Under the pieces are notes generated by a model. That model had not been told where the DNA came from. It was given only the letters and a program-made list of their open reading frames with translations, and did not search any database. The position numbers and the translations under genes were made by a program. Shown here one piece after another: positions 21,217 through 29,140 of a DNA stretch of 64,000 nt; positions within the stretch are counted from its first letter, which is position 1; the number at the start of each line of letters is the position of its first letter. The DNA comes from an uncultured Muribaculaceae bacterium (GTDB taxonomy: Bacteria; Bacillota_I; Bacilli_A; RF39; UBA660): NCBI GenBank assembly GCA_964370755.1, contig CAYJKL010000004.1:1136-65135 (forward strand), read 5' to 3'.

Positions 21217-21261
21217 AAAAAAATCCTCCTTTCTTTATAATATATGAAAGTGAGGATTTTT
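21217..21261 (-). terminator. tyrS terminator hairpin
   Basis: AAAAATCCTC(A)CTTTC ... GAAAGGAGGATTTTTTT on the minus strand. The 3' arm contains the SD of the 78-aa gene. Confidence 0.6.
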
Positions 21262-21263
21262 AC

Positions 21264-22499
21264 TTAGTTGTAAATGCCTAGATAGAAGTTTTTCTTTCCT
21301 TTTTTTATTACTATTACTTTGTTTTCAATAGAGTTTTCTGCTTTTATTATTTCATCATAATTAGTTACTTTTACATTGTTAATTGAAACTGCTCCAGCTT
21401 CAATCATTTCTCTTGCTTCTCTTTTTGATGAACAGATACTATATTTAACAAGTAACTCATTAATAACAAGTTCTTTTTCTTCAATGTTTATTTTTTTAAC
21501 ACCTGAAAGTGAATTTAATATTTCGTTTGCTGTTAATTTGAAAATATTTTCAGTAAACAAACATTCACTTACTTTTTTTGCACTTTCGTAATCTTCTTTA
21601 CTATGAATTTCACTTATAATTTCTTTTGCAAGTGTTTTTTGTGCTAATCTATTTTCTGGCGCTTTTAGATGCTCTTTTTCAATGTCTTCTATTTCTTCTT
21701 TACTTAAGAAAGTATACACTTTAAGATAATTTATAATCATTGAATCATCAAAATTTAGTAAGTATTGGTACATTTCATAACTTGATGTTTTGTTTTTATC
21801 AAGCCACATTGCATTACCTTCTGACTTACCTATTTTATTTCCATTTTTATCTAGTATTAATGGCATTGTAAAACCGTATGCTTCCTTATCATGTTTTTTT
21901 CTAATAAGCTCTATACCTGCTGTGATGTTACCCCACTGGTCAGACCCAGCTGCTTGCACAGTACAACCTTTAGTTTGGTATAAATATTCAAAATCTAAAG
22001 CTTGCATTATCATGTAAGAAAATTCAGTATATGTTATACCTGTATCTAATCTTCTTTTAATAATATCTTTATCAAGCATGTAGTTAACACTAAAATATTT
22101 TCCATAATCTCTTAAAAAGTCTATAAAGTTTATATCTTTTGACCAGTCATAATTATTTACTACCTCTGCTTTTCCTTCTAATATTTTTGTAACTTGTGCT
22201 TTTAACCCTTCTAAATTTTTAGCAACATCTTCTTTTGATATTATACTTCTTTCACTAGATGGTCTTGGGTCTCCAATTAGCCCAGTAGCTCCTCCAATTA
22301 ATAGTATTGGATTATGTCCGTGTTTTGCTAATCTTTTTGCTGTTAAAAGCGACGAATAGTGACCAATGTGAAGACTGTCTGCTGTTGGATCCGTTCCCCA
22401 GTAAAAAGTTATTTTTCCTTCGTTTAATTCTTTTTTTAGTTCTTCTGAAGAGATATCTTTAATCAATCCTCTCCATACTAATTCTTCATATAATTTCAT
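21264..22499 (-). CDS. tyrS: Tyrosine--tRNA ligase
   Basis: HIGH motif (LHIGHY), a KMSKS-like motif (KIGKSEG) and a C-terminal S4-like domain. Confidence 0.97.
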   Translation of the reverse strand: MKLYEELVWRGLIKDISSEELKKELNEGKITFYWGTDPTADSLHIGHYSSLLTAKRLAKHGHNPILLIGGATGLIGDPRPSSERSIISKEDVAKNLEGLKAQVTKILEGKAEVVNNYDWSKDINFIDFLRDYGKYFSVNYMLDKDIIKRRLDTGITYTEFSYMIMQALDFEYLYQTKGCTVQAAGSDQWGNITAGIELIRKKHDKEAYGFTMPLILDKNGNKIGKSEGNAMWLDKNKTSSYEMYQYLLNFDDSMIINYLKVYTFLSKEEIEDIEKEHLKAPENRLAQKTLAKEIISEIHSKEDYESAKKVSECLFTENIFKLTANEILNSLSGVKKINIEEKELVINELLVKYSICSSKREAREMIEAGAVSINNVKVTNYDEIIKAENSIENKVIVIKKGKKNFYLGIYN

Positions 22500-22510
22500 A
22501 TTTTCCTCCC

Positions 22511-23134
22511 TTATAAAACATTTTTTAAATCTTCTATTTTTTTAATACTCTCGTAAATGTTTTCATTATATTCCTTTGATAAAAGTATTGCTCTCATACC
22601 TAGTTTGTGAGGCACTACTATATCACTATTCATGCTATCTCCTATTATTACACATTCTTCATAATTATATGGACTACAAATTTTTTCAAATGTGCTTTCT
22701 AGTGGTTTTGCTCCTATTTTATCAAATCCATTTATACTTGCAAAGTATTTACTTAGATTTGCATTATCCATTCTTGTTGTTTGCTCTTTTTCAAACCAAT
22801 TTGTAAGTGCTACTAATTCATATTTTTCTTTTAAATATTCAAGTGTACTTGGTATATTTTCTTCTAGAAGTGTACTTTTACTTTCATAATAACTTAAAAA
22901 TATTTTTATGTCTTCTGAAGTAAAAGTTTCATCTATATATTTTTTTATGTGATCTAGCAGTGTTTCATAATTATGATTTATATCGTTATCTATAAAATCA
23001 TCTAATATTTTATATAACTCTTCTGGTGCTATATTTAATTTTTTATGAGTTAGATATTCTTTATATGCCTCCTTTGTATCTTTTGATGATGCAAGTAGTG
23101 TGTTATCTATATCAAATATTATTCTTTTTATCAT
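22511..23134 (-). CDS. HAD-superfamily hydrolase
   Basis: DIDNTL (DxDxT) at the N-terminus and IIGDSMNSD near the C-terminus. Confidence 0.8.
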   Translation of the reverse strand: MIKRIIFDIDNTLLASSKDTKEAYKEYLTHKKLNIAPEELYKILDDFIDNDINHNYETLLDHIKKYIDETFTSEDIKIFLSYYESKSTLLEENIPSTLEYLKEKYELVALTNWFEKEQTTRMDNANLSKYFASINGFDKIGAKPLESTFEKICSPYNYEECVIIGDSMNSDIVVPHKLGMRAILLSKEYNENIYESIKKIEDLKNVL

Positions 23135-23149
23135 TTTTCCCTTTCCATT

Positions 23150-23287
23150 AAAAAAATCATAAACTTAGGATAAGGACGAAATTATTTTTCCGCGGTACCA
23201 CCTTAATTTATGACTTGTCATACTCTTTTAGTTTTAACGAAACTTCTCCGATTTAGCTCCAGGGTTGTAAGGCCTTTCATCACTAAC
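23150..23287 (-). promoter_or_regulatory. T-box riboswitch leader (tRNA-sensing, probably tRNA-Tyr)
   Basis: The minus strand contains AAAUUAAGGUGGUACCGCG (23191-23209). An antiterminator is readable: UAAGG/CCUUA with a UGGUACC bulge and GCGG/CGUC. The competing terminator UCAUAAAUUAAGG / CCUAAGUUUAUGA plus U7 is also readable. Confidence 0.85.
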
Positions 23288-23293
23288 ATTTAT

Positions 23294-23322
23294 ATTATAT
23301 AAAATTTTTTTATAATTATCAA
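23294..23322 (-). promoter_or_regulatory. Sigma-A promoter for the T-box/HAD/tyrS operon
   Basis: TTGATA (23317-23322), 17 nt, TATAAT (23294-23299) on the minus strand. Confidence 0.55.
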
Positions 23323-23327
23323 TGGTT

Positions 23328-24044
23328 TTAGTCTAATTTAACATTATGATATATACTAGTTACATCATCTATTTCATCTAATAGTCTATATAATTTTTGG
23401 AAATTTTCTAAATCTTCACCTTCTAAAACAGTTTCTTCTTTAGCAAACATTCCTACTTCATCAAATTCATATGCTATATCTTTGTTAATAGATTCAAGTG
23501 CACTTTTAAGTTTATCATAATCTCTAGGATGAACACTTATTGTTACTATTCCATCTTCATTTTCCATATCTACTGGATCTATGTCATTTTCAATTAATGC
23601 ACTGAAAATTACTTCTTCATCTTCTTTAACTGAAACAATTGCTAAATAATCGTAATTATATGAAACTGAGTTTGTTACTCCTAAACTTTTATTTAGTTTA
23701 TTAAATGATGCTCTAACCATACCAACTGTGCGGTTTACATTATCAGTTAAAGTTTTAATAATAAGGGTTGATGAACCAGGTCCAAAACCTTCATATACTA
23801 CTTCAGTATACTCATCAGTTCCTGCTCCTTTTGCTTTATCTATTGCTCTAACTATGATATCATTTGGAACTTGCTCTTTTTTAGCTTTATCAATCAATCT
23901 TCTAAGTGCGTCATTAGTTTCAGGATCTGGATTACCTTTTTTAGCTAATAAATATATTTCTTTAGCGTATGTTGTATACACTTTTCCTTTTGCTGCTCCT
24001 GTTTTTAAAATACTTGCTTTTCTTACTTCATATGCTCTTCCCAT
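23328..24044 (-). CDS. YebC/PmpR-family DNA-binding regulator
   Basis: The N-terminus MGRAYEVRKASILKTGAAKGKVYTTYAKEIY and a length of 238 aa are typical of the family. Confidence 0.9.
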   Translation of the reverse strand: MGRAYEVRKASILKTGAAKGKVYTTYAKEIYLLAKKGNPDPETNDALRRLIDKAKKEQVPNDIIVRAIDKAKGAGTDEYTEVVYEGFGPGSSTLIIKTLTDNVNRTVGMVRASFNKLNKSLGVTNSVSYNYDYLAIVSVKEDEEVIFSALIENDIDPVDMENEDGIVTISVHPRDYDKLKSALESINKDIAYEFDEVGMFAKEETVLEGEDLENFQKLYRLLDEIDDVTSIYHNVKLD

Positions 24045-24056
24045 AATTACCTCCTG

Positions 24057-25091
24057 TTATAGTATTTTTAATTCTTTAATAAATTTATATACTAATAAAT
24101 CATTGTCTATATTTTTTATTCTTCTAATTTCACTAAAAGAATCATAGACTTTTGCATACTCTGCATTTTCTCTACTTAAAACATATTCAATTGATTTTAA
24201 TATTAAATCTTTATTATTATATGTCATAAAGAATGCTCTTGCTCTTCTTAAAGTTTTTTTAGAAACTCTTCTTGCTAATAAATTATATACCCATTTTGGC
24301 TTTTTTGCAAATACAAACTTATACCCATCTAAATTTTTAAATATTTTTATTGCGTCATAATAACCCATTTCAATATTTTTTTTAATACTCTCTCTGTTTG
24401 TATTAAGCATACCACCAAGTGATCTAGATGGCATTATTTTAATTATTTCAGCATTATTTAATTTCTTTTTTTGTACTCCAATTGCTTTTAAACCAATAAC
24501 ATATATTTTTTTATAACCTTTTTCTTCTAACATGTTTGAAGGGGATACATCATGAAATCCGCCATCTAAGTAATAACTTTCATCATCAAGTTTAATTGGT
24601 TTAAATACTGGTAAATAACAGCTTGCTATTATATAGTCAACAAGTGTTCCTTCAGGCATGTCTTCTTTGAATATATATAAAGGTTTCGAATCTTTTACTT
24701 TATATGTTGCAAGTCCAAAATCTTTGTTACTATTTCTTATTTTTTCTTCGTCAATAAATAATTTTAAATGTTTTCTAAATGGTTCAACATCTATTCCTTC
24801 ATTTTTAATTATACTTAAAACTGGAATTATTGCTTCTTTAATTTCATCAAATACATTTTTCTTTTCGAAGTTTGTATCTTCAATGAATCCTAGTAGGTCA
24901 CTAAGGTTTTCATTTAACCAAAAATCTTCAAGAGCTTTATAGTCATTATTAATAATCATTGCTGCATTAAACGAACCAATAGAAGTACCTGTTGCTCCAT
25001 CAATTTTAATATTACATTCAAGCATAGCTCTATAAACTCCTACTTGATATGCACCTTTAGTACCCCCACCTTCGAGTGCTATACCGGTCAT
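24057..25091 (-). CDS. Patatin-like phospholipase
   Basis: Oxyanion GGGTKG and nucleophile GTSIGS motifs. Confidence 0.85.
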   Translation of the reverse strand: MTGIALEGGGTKGAYQVGVYRAMLECNIKIDGATGTSIGSFNAAMIINNDYKALEDFWLNENLSDLLGFIEDTNFEKKNVFDEIKEAIIPVLSIIKNEGIDVEPFRKHLKLFIDEEKIRNSNKDFGLATYKVKDSKPLYIFKEDMPEGTLVDYIIASCYLPVFKPIKLDDESYYLDGGFHDVSPSNMLEEKGYKKIYVIGLKAIGVQKKKLNNAEIIKIMPSRSLGGMLNTNRESIKKNIEMGYYDAIKIFKNLDGYKFVFAKKPKWVYNLLARRVSKKTLRRARAFFMTYNNKDLILKSIEYVLSRENAEYAKVYDSFSEIRRIKNIDNDLLVYKFIKELKIL

Positions 25092-26020
25092 TTAATTCTC
25101 CTAATTATTAAATATAGTTTACCAAATAACTTTCTAACTCTAATTTTTCTTGCATTATATTTTACTCTGTCTATATAGTTTTCAAATGTATCGTTTTGAT
25201 ACTTCAATATATCATTATACTTGTCAATATCACTACACACTGGTGAATAATAATTTTTATCTAGAAATATATCTGATAATATTAGTTTGTAATTTATTCC
25301 TCTACTTTTTACAGTTTTATTTAGTAAATCACTATATAACATTGTAAAATCTTTGCTACCACCTATATTAATTGCTTTTTTATTTAAAGTTTTAACATTG
25401 TCTAATATTTTTACAAATGCATAACTTGCATCTTCTTTTGTAATACAATTAATCATGCTTTTTTTAGGAATACTGTATATTGCATGTTCTTTTAGATGTG
25501 AATTAAGAACTAGAGGCACTCTTACTATTGTATATTTTGATAGTTTTTCTTTTATCATACGTTCTGCTTTGAATTTATATTCTGAGTAGTATTCACCTTG
25601 CTCATACCCTGTATCACTTTTACTGGTAAATTCTTTATCATCTTTACCATATATTGTTGTAGATGATGCGTAAATTAAGTAACAGTTTGGATTATAGTAA
25701 TTTATTGATCTAATTATATTTTCAAGTGCATCGTACTCTATCATTTTGGTGATACCCCTTTTAATAGATGCTAATGGCGGAAGTATTGACGCTAAATGTA
25801 AAATAAAATCATGATCTTTTACTAATGCTTCAATCAATATTCGATCACATATATCACCATAAATTACATTGACTCTTTTTTTATATTTTTTTAGAAGGCC
25901 ATGTACTTTTTTGTTTTTTAAATCTAAAATAGTTATTTCGTATTTTCCTTCACTTAATAAATACTTTATTGCGTTGTAACCTACCGTTCCTGCTGCTCCT
26001 GTTACTAATATTTTTTTCAT
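25088..26020 (-). CDS. NAD-dependent epimerase/dehydratase family (SDR) protein
   Basis: Rossmann motif TGAAGTVG. 4-nt overlap with the patatin gene. Confidence 0.8.
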   Translation of the reverse strand: MKKILVTGAAGTVGYNAIKYLLSEGKYEITILDLKNKKVHGLLKKYKKRVNVIYGDICDRILIEALVKDHDFILHLASILPPLASIKRGITKMIEYDALENIIRSINYYNPNCYLIYASSTTIYGKDDKEFTSKSDTGYEQGEYYSEYKFKAERMIKEKLSKYTIVRVPLVLNSHLKEHAIYSIPKKSMINCITKEDASYAFVKILDNVKTLNKKAINIGGSKDFTMLYSDLLNKTVKSRGINYKLILSDIFLDKNYYSPVCSDIDKYNDILKYQNDTFENYIDRVKYNARKIRVRKLFGKLYLIIRRIK

Positions 26021-26071
26021 CTACATACTCCTTAAATCTTTATATTATAAATTATATCACGATTTTAACAT

Positions 26072-26094
26072 AAAAAAAAGACCAATTAAGGTCA
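26072..26094 (-). terminator. Weak terminator after the 229-aa TasA-like gene
   Basis: GACC..GGTC short stem followed by T8 on the minus strand. Confidence 0.35.
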
Positions 26095-26105
26095 TATTTT
26101 AGTTA

Positions 26106-26795
26106 TTAAGGAGTTACTGTTGTACAAAGTTCTGAACCTGTTTCAACGAATTCTAAACTTCCACCAAATGTTTTACCAGCATTTACAGTTTGATCGATTG
26201 CTAAATTATAGTATCTAACATCAAATGTCCAAGTAATACTTGAAGATTCGTTTCCATCAACTGCACCTGTTACTGCAAATGTAATAGGTGTTGCATTAAG
26301 ATTTGTTGGAGTTGCTGTACTTATTGTTCCTAAATCATATTCAGGAATTGTAGTAACTGATGATGTTCCACTACCTACTACATTAGCTGTTGCTTGAATA
26401 GTAAATTCACGTAAACTATTAGTTACAGCTTCTGGAGTTGTTACATAAACACCATCTGCTCTTGGAGTATATACTATATTGTAAGAACAAGTTCTTGTTC
26501 CACCTGCTGCACCAACACTATTTTCTAGTTGAATTGTAGCATCTGTATTGTTTTTGTAAACAGAATGATCATTAGCACCATTACCTTGTACCATGTCAGA
26601 TAGTTGAACTACCATTGTAACGTCAGTTGCTGTAGTACTTGTAACGTCTACTGATCTAGTTTGAACGTTTACCTCACTAGCTTCATTAGTTCCTGACGAT
26701 GCTGTAAAGTATGCAAATGTAGCCCCCACAACTGCAACTAAAAGTGTTGCAACAGCTATAACTGTAAGTAATAACGTATTTTTTTTATCCATCAT
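26106..26795 (-). CDS. Secreted protein with a TasA/camelysin/BsaA-type (SipW-cognate-like) signal peptide, paralog A
   Basis: N-terminus MMDKKNTLLLTVIAVATLLVAVVGATFAYFTASSG. I moved the start to 26795 after GGAGAA. It shares CxYxIVYxP, WTFxVxYYN and FGGSL blocks with 26872..27510. Confidence 0.6.
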   Translation of the reverse strand: MMDKKNTLLLTVIAVATLLVAVVGATFAYFTASSGTNEASEVNVQTRSVDVTSTTATDVTMVVQLSDMVQGNGANDHSVYKNNTDATIQLENSVGAAGGTRTCSYNIVYTPRADGVYVTTPEAVTNSLREFTIQATANVVGSGTSSVTTIPEYDLGTISTATPTNLNATPITFAVTGAVDGNESSSITWTFDVRYYNLAIDQTVNAGKTFGGSLEFVETGSELCTTVTP

Positions 26796-26871
26796 AATTT
26801 TTTCTCCTCTCTCTATTATACATATTATCAAATATTATGATTATTTTCAAGTGTTTTTTTAATTTTTTTTG

Positions 26872-27510
26872 TCAATTTATAGTATTTTCACATTCTAGGT
26901 TTTTTATATTAAGAGAACCACCGAATGTAATGTTCCTATTATCGTCTTGATTAAACGTTTGATTGTAGTATGAAACTGTAAATGTCCAATTTTCAATTAA
27001 CTTTTTGTTTACTCCTGTAACACTTATTTTCGAGTTGTCCACTAATACAAATTCACTTGTAATATCAGCTAGACTTATTTCACTTAATGATTTTCCATTT
27101 CTATCAGATGAACCTTTTATAGTATACTCATTTAATTTTGCGGTATTCATTGCACTAGAATTATATGGAGTTGTTGGAACGTATACAATATCATAGTTAC
27201 ATGATAACGTTCCTCCATCTGCTGTTGTTTCAAGTATTATTCTAACTGGATCAACATTTGTTGCTGTAGCTGCTGGTATGACTGGGTCGATGTTTTCATA
27301 CTTCATTACGTCACCGTCAACTAGTAAATCTATATTACTACCTGATTCTGTGTATGCCACACCAAACTCTCTAGATTGTAGTTTAAAATTAGATAACTCT
27401 CCACTACCTGATGCCGTGAAATACGCATAAGTTGCAGATATAGTACTAATTAATACCGTAATTAGTAAAATGATTGCTAAAAGTATTTTTTTATCTACTT
27501 TCTTCTTCAT
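26872..27510 (-). CDS. Secreted protein with a TasA/camelysin/BsaA-type signal peptide, paralog B
   Basis: N-terminus MKKKVDKKILLAIILLITVLISTISATYAYFTASGSG. Conserved blocks are shared with paralog A. Confidence 0.6.
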   Translation of the reverse strand: MKKKVDKKILLAIILLITVLISTISATYAYFTASGSGELSNFKLQSREFGVAYTESGSNIDLLVDGDVMKYENIDPVIPAATATNVDPVRIILETTADGGTLSCNYDIVYVPTTPYNSSAMNTAKLNEYTIKGSSDRNGKSLSEISLADITSEFVLVDNSKISVTGVNKKLIENWTFTVSYYNQTFNQDDNRNITFGGSLNIKNLECENTIN

Positions 27511-27520
27511 GTTTATCCTC

Positions 27521-28621
27521 CTATTTTATTCTTAATTCTTCTTCAACTAATAAATTTAAAGGTATTTCACTATTTGCTGTTATATTTAATTTATAACTTT
27601 CTGGAATAAGCAATTCTTTACCTTTACTTAATTTTACATCATTTGCACTAATTTGTAAATTATTTATTTCTTTTAATTGTGACAATGTTACACCATATGT
27701 AAAGGCAATGCTATAAATATTATCATTTTCTTTTATAGTATGACTCGTAATAAACTTTTCATATGAAATTGTATTTGAAGAACTTACGAATAAATTAGTA
27801 GTATATTTCATTCCAGTTATGTCTTGAATAGTTACTGGATAAACACCAGGTACTATATCGTTTATTGTAAAGTTTCCAGCGGCATCTATAGTTGTTTTGT
27901 ATGAATCGTTTAAAAAACTAATTGTCCCTTCTGATAATGTTACTCCACTCAAATTTCCATTTAAGTTCGCTGTAGGTTCTGAACTTATTTCACTAATATT
28001 TAGTTTAAGCATTATTTCATCGCTTTTATATTCTTCTGGAATACTTTCATCTAACCAAATTTTAATACTTAATGTTTTAGCATTATCTCCTGATGATGCT
28101 CTATTTATTTCATCTGTAAATACTGAGAACATATTATTATATATGTCAGTTGTATCTGTATATTTAAGTGGTGTTTCACTTAAAGATATAACACTGCTTA
28201 CTTGATTTAATTCCTTATTTACTGTGTCAAACTCGAATACTGCTAACTTTATATATTCTAGTGGTATTAAGTTGTCGCCATCAACGAAGTTTTCTTCATT
28301 TATAAAACTATCATAATCATAACCTACTGATATATTATAAAAATTGTTTACTTTACTATTATTTTGAATATATACTGTGCTTTGTGCTGCGCCTTCAAGG
28401 CCTTCTTCATCTGTCAGCACTTTAATATAATCATTATTTAGTGTTGAGCTACTATCTGAATAATTTACTGTAAGATTACCAATATTAATATCTCGATTTG
28501 CATTATTACTACTTACATCTAAAATTGTTGCGTATGATACGCCTATTGTGGTAAGCGTTAAAACGATAACACACACTGCTATAATCATTGTTTCTTTTTT
28601 AAATTTTTTTATTTTATCCAT
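27521..28621 (-). CDS. Secreted or anchored protein with a related N-terminus, a CarboxypepD_reg-like beta-sandwich and a C-terminal LysM domain
   Basis: N-terminal TM/signal ...TTIGVSYATILD. GNFTINDIVPGVYPVTIQD matches the beta-sandwich. The LysM-like segment is YTIKENDNIYSIAFTYGVTLSQLKEINNL (about 27602-27743). Confidence 0.6.
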   Translation of the reverse strand: MDKIKKFKKETMIIAVCVIVLTLTTIGVSYATILDVSSNNANRDINIGNLTVNYSDSSSTLNNDYIKVLTDEEGLEGAAQSTVYIQNNSKVNNFYNISVGYDYDSFINEENFVDGDNLIPLEYIKLAVFEFDTVNKELNQVSSVISLSETPLKYTDTTDIYNNMFSVFTDEINRASSGDNAKTLSIKIWLDESIPEEYKSDEIMLKLNISEISSEPTANLNGNLSGVTLSEGTISFLNDSYKTTIDAAGNFTINDIVPGVYPVTIQDITGMKYTTNLFVSSSNTISYEKFITSHTIKENDNIYSIAFTYGVTLSQLKEINNLQISANDVKLSKGKELLIPESYKLNITANSEIPLNLLVEEELRIK

Positions 28622-28684
28622 AACATATCACCATACTCTATTGATATCTTATCATAAATTTTTGGAATTAACAATTTATTTTGC

Positions 28685-28719
28685 AAAAAAAAAAAAAAAA
28701 CACACTTAATTTTGTGTGT
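28685..28719 (-). terminator. Strong rho-independent terminator
   Basis: ACACAC-AAAATTAA-GTGTGT followed by T16 on the minus strand (A16 at 28685-28700 on plus). The 5' arm overlaps the end of the 60-aa ORF. Confidence 0.8.
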
Positions 28720-28888
28720 CTTCATAACTTATATTTTGAAATTCTTCACTAGAGTAATACTCTGCAGTTTCTCTATAATCATTTAACTCTAAATTATTCC
28801 ATATTGGAATAGATATAATTATAAGAGAAGTTGCTACTATTATTTCTAGTATACTTTCTATAATAAGCCCTTTCTTAGCTTTATCCAT
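28706..28888 (-). CDS. Small membrane peptide (60 aa) with a prepilin-like N-terminus
   Basis: MDKAKKG/LIIESILEIIVATSLIIISIPIW plus an acidic tail. It has a near-consensus promoter, a GGGGGA RBS and a strong terminator. Confidence 0.55.
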   Translation of the reverse strand: MDKAKKGLIIESILEIIVATSLIIISIPIWNNLELNDYRETAEYYSSEEFQNISYEDTQN

Positions 28889-28912
28889 ATCATTTCCCCC
28901 TGATATGCATAT

Positions 28913-28941
28913 ATTATAACATATTTGTTACAAAAAGTCAA
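28913..28941 (-). promoter_or_regulatory. Near-consensus sigma-A promoter for the 60-aa gene
   Basis: TTGACT (28936-28941), 17 nt, TGTTATAAT (extended -10; TATAAT at 28913-28918). Confidence 0.6.
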
Positions 28942-29094
28942 TTTAGCACAAAAAAAGTATTATTTTACTAATACTTATATCTACATTGTAGCTATTACTA
29001 CAACTACTAAACTCACTAAAATTATACAAACTATTTTTGCTGATTTATCCATTAATTACCTCTTGCAAAAATCATTTTACTTTATTTTTGTCTA

Positions 29095-29140
29095 TTGTGC
29101 AAGTTTATTGCACAAAAAAAGTGATACTTTACATCACTTT
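29095..29140 (-). terminator. Tandem terminator hairpins ending the Wzx/Wzy glycan operon
   Basis: AAAGTGAT-GTAAAGT-ATCACTTT plus a T run, then the TTGTGCAA/TTGCACAA hairpin. Confidence 0.65.

Noticed and set aside
23221-23287. Assigning a definite specifier codon and Stem I structure for the T-box
   Set aside because: I could not fold a canonical K-turn/specifier-loop Stem I by eye in the roughly 80 nt available, and two Tyr codons are candidates. The question is left for covariance-model alignment.
28685-28700. The A16 homopolymer, and other A/T runs of 8-10 nt inside coding regions (for example 46431-46441 in tagH, 33601-33608 in the GT32 gene, 20511-20520 in the SEDS gene), as phase-variation switches
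   Set aside because: The A16 run is the U tract of a terminator. Runs of 8-10 A/T are expected by chance in DNA this AT-rich, and I cannot see alternative in-frame products. This would need population-level read data.
28706-28888. The 60-aa ORF as the missing SipW signal peptidase for the TasA-like genes
   Set aside because: It is far too short, since SipW-type peptidases are about 190 aa, and it has no Ser/His catalytic motifs.
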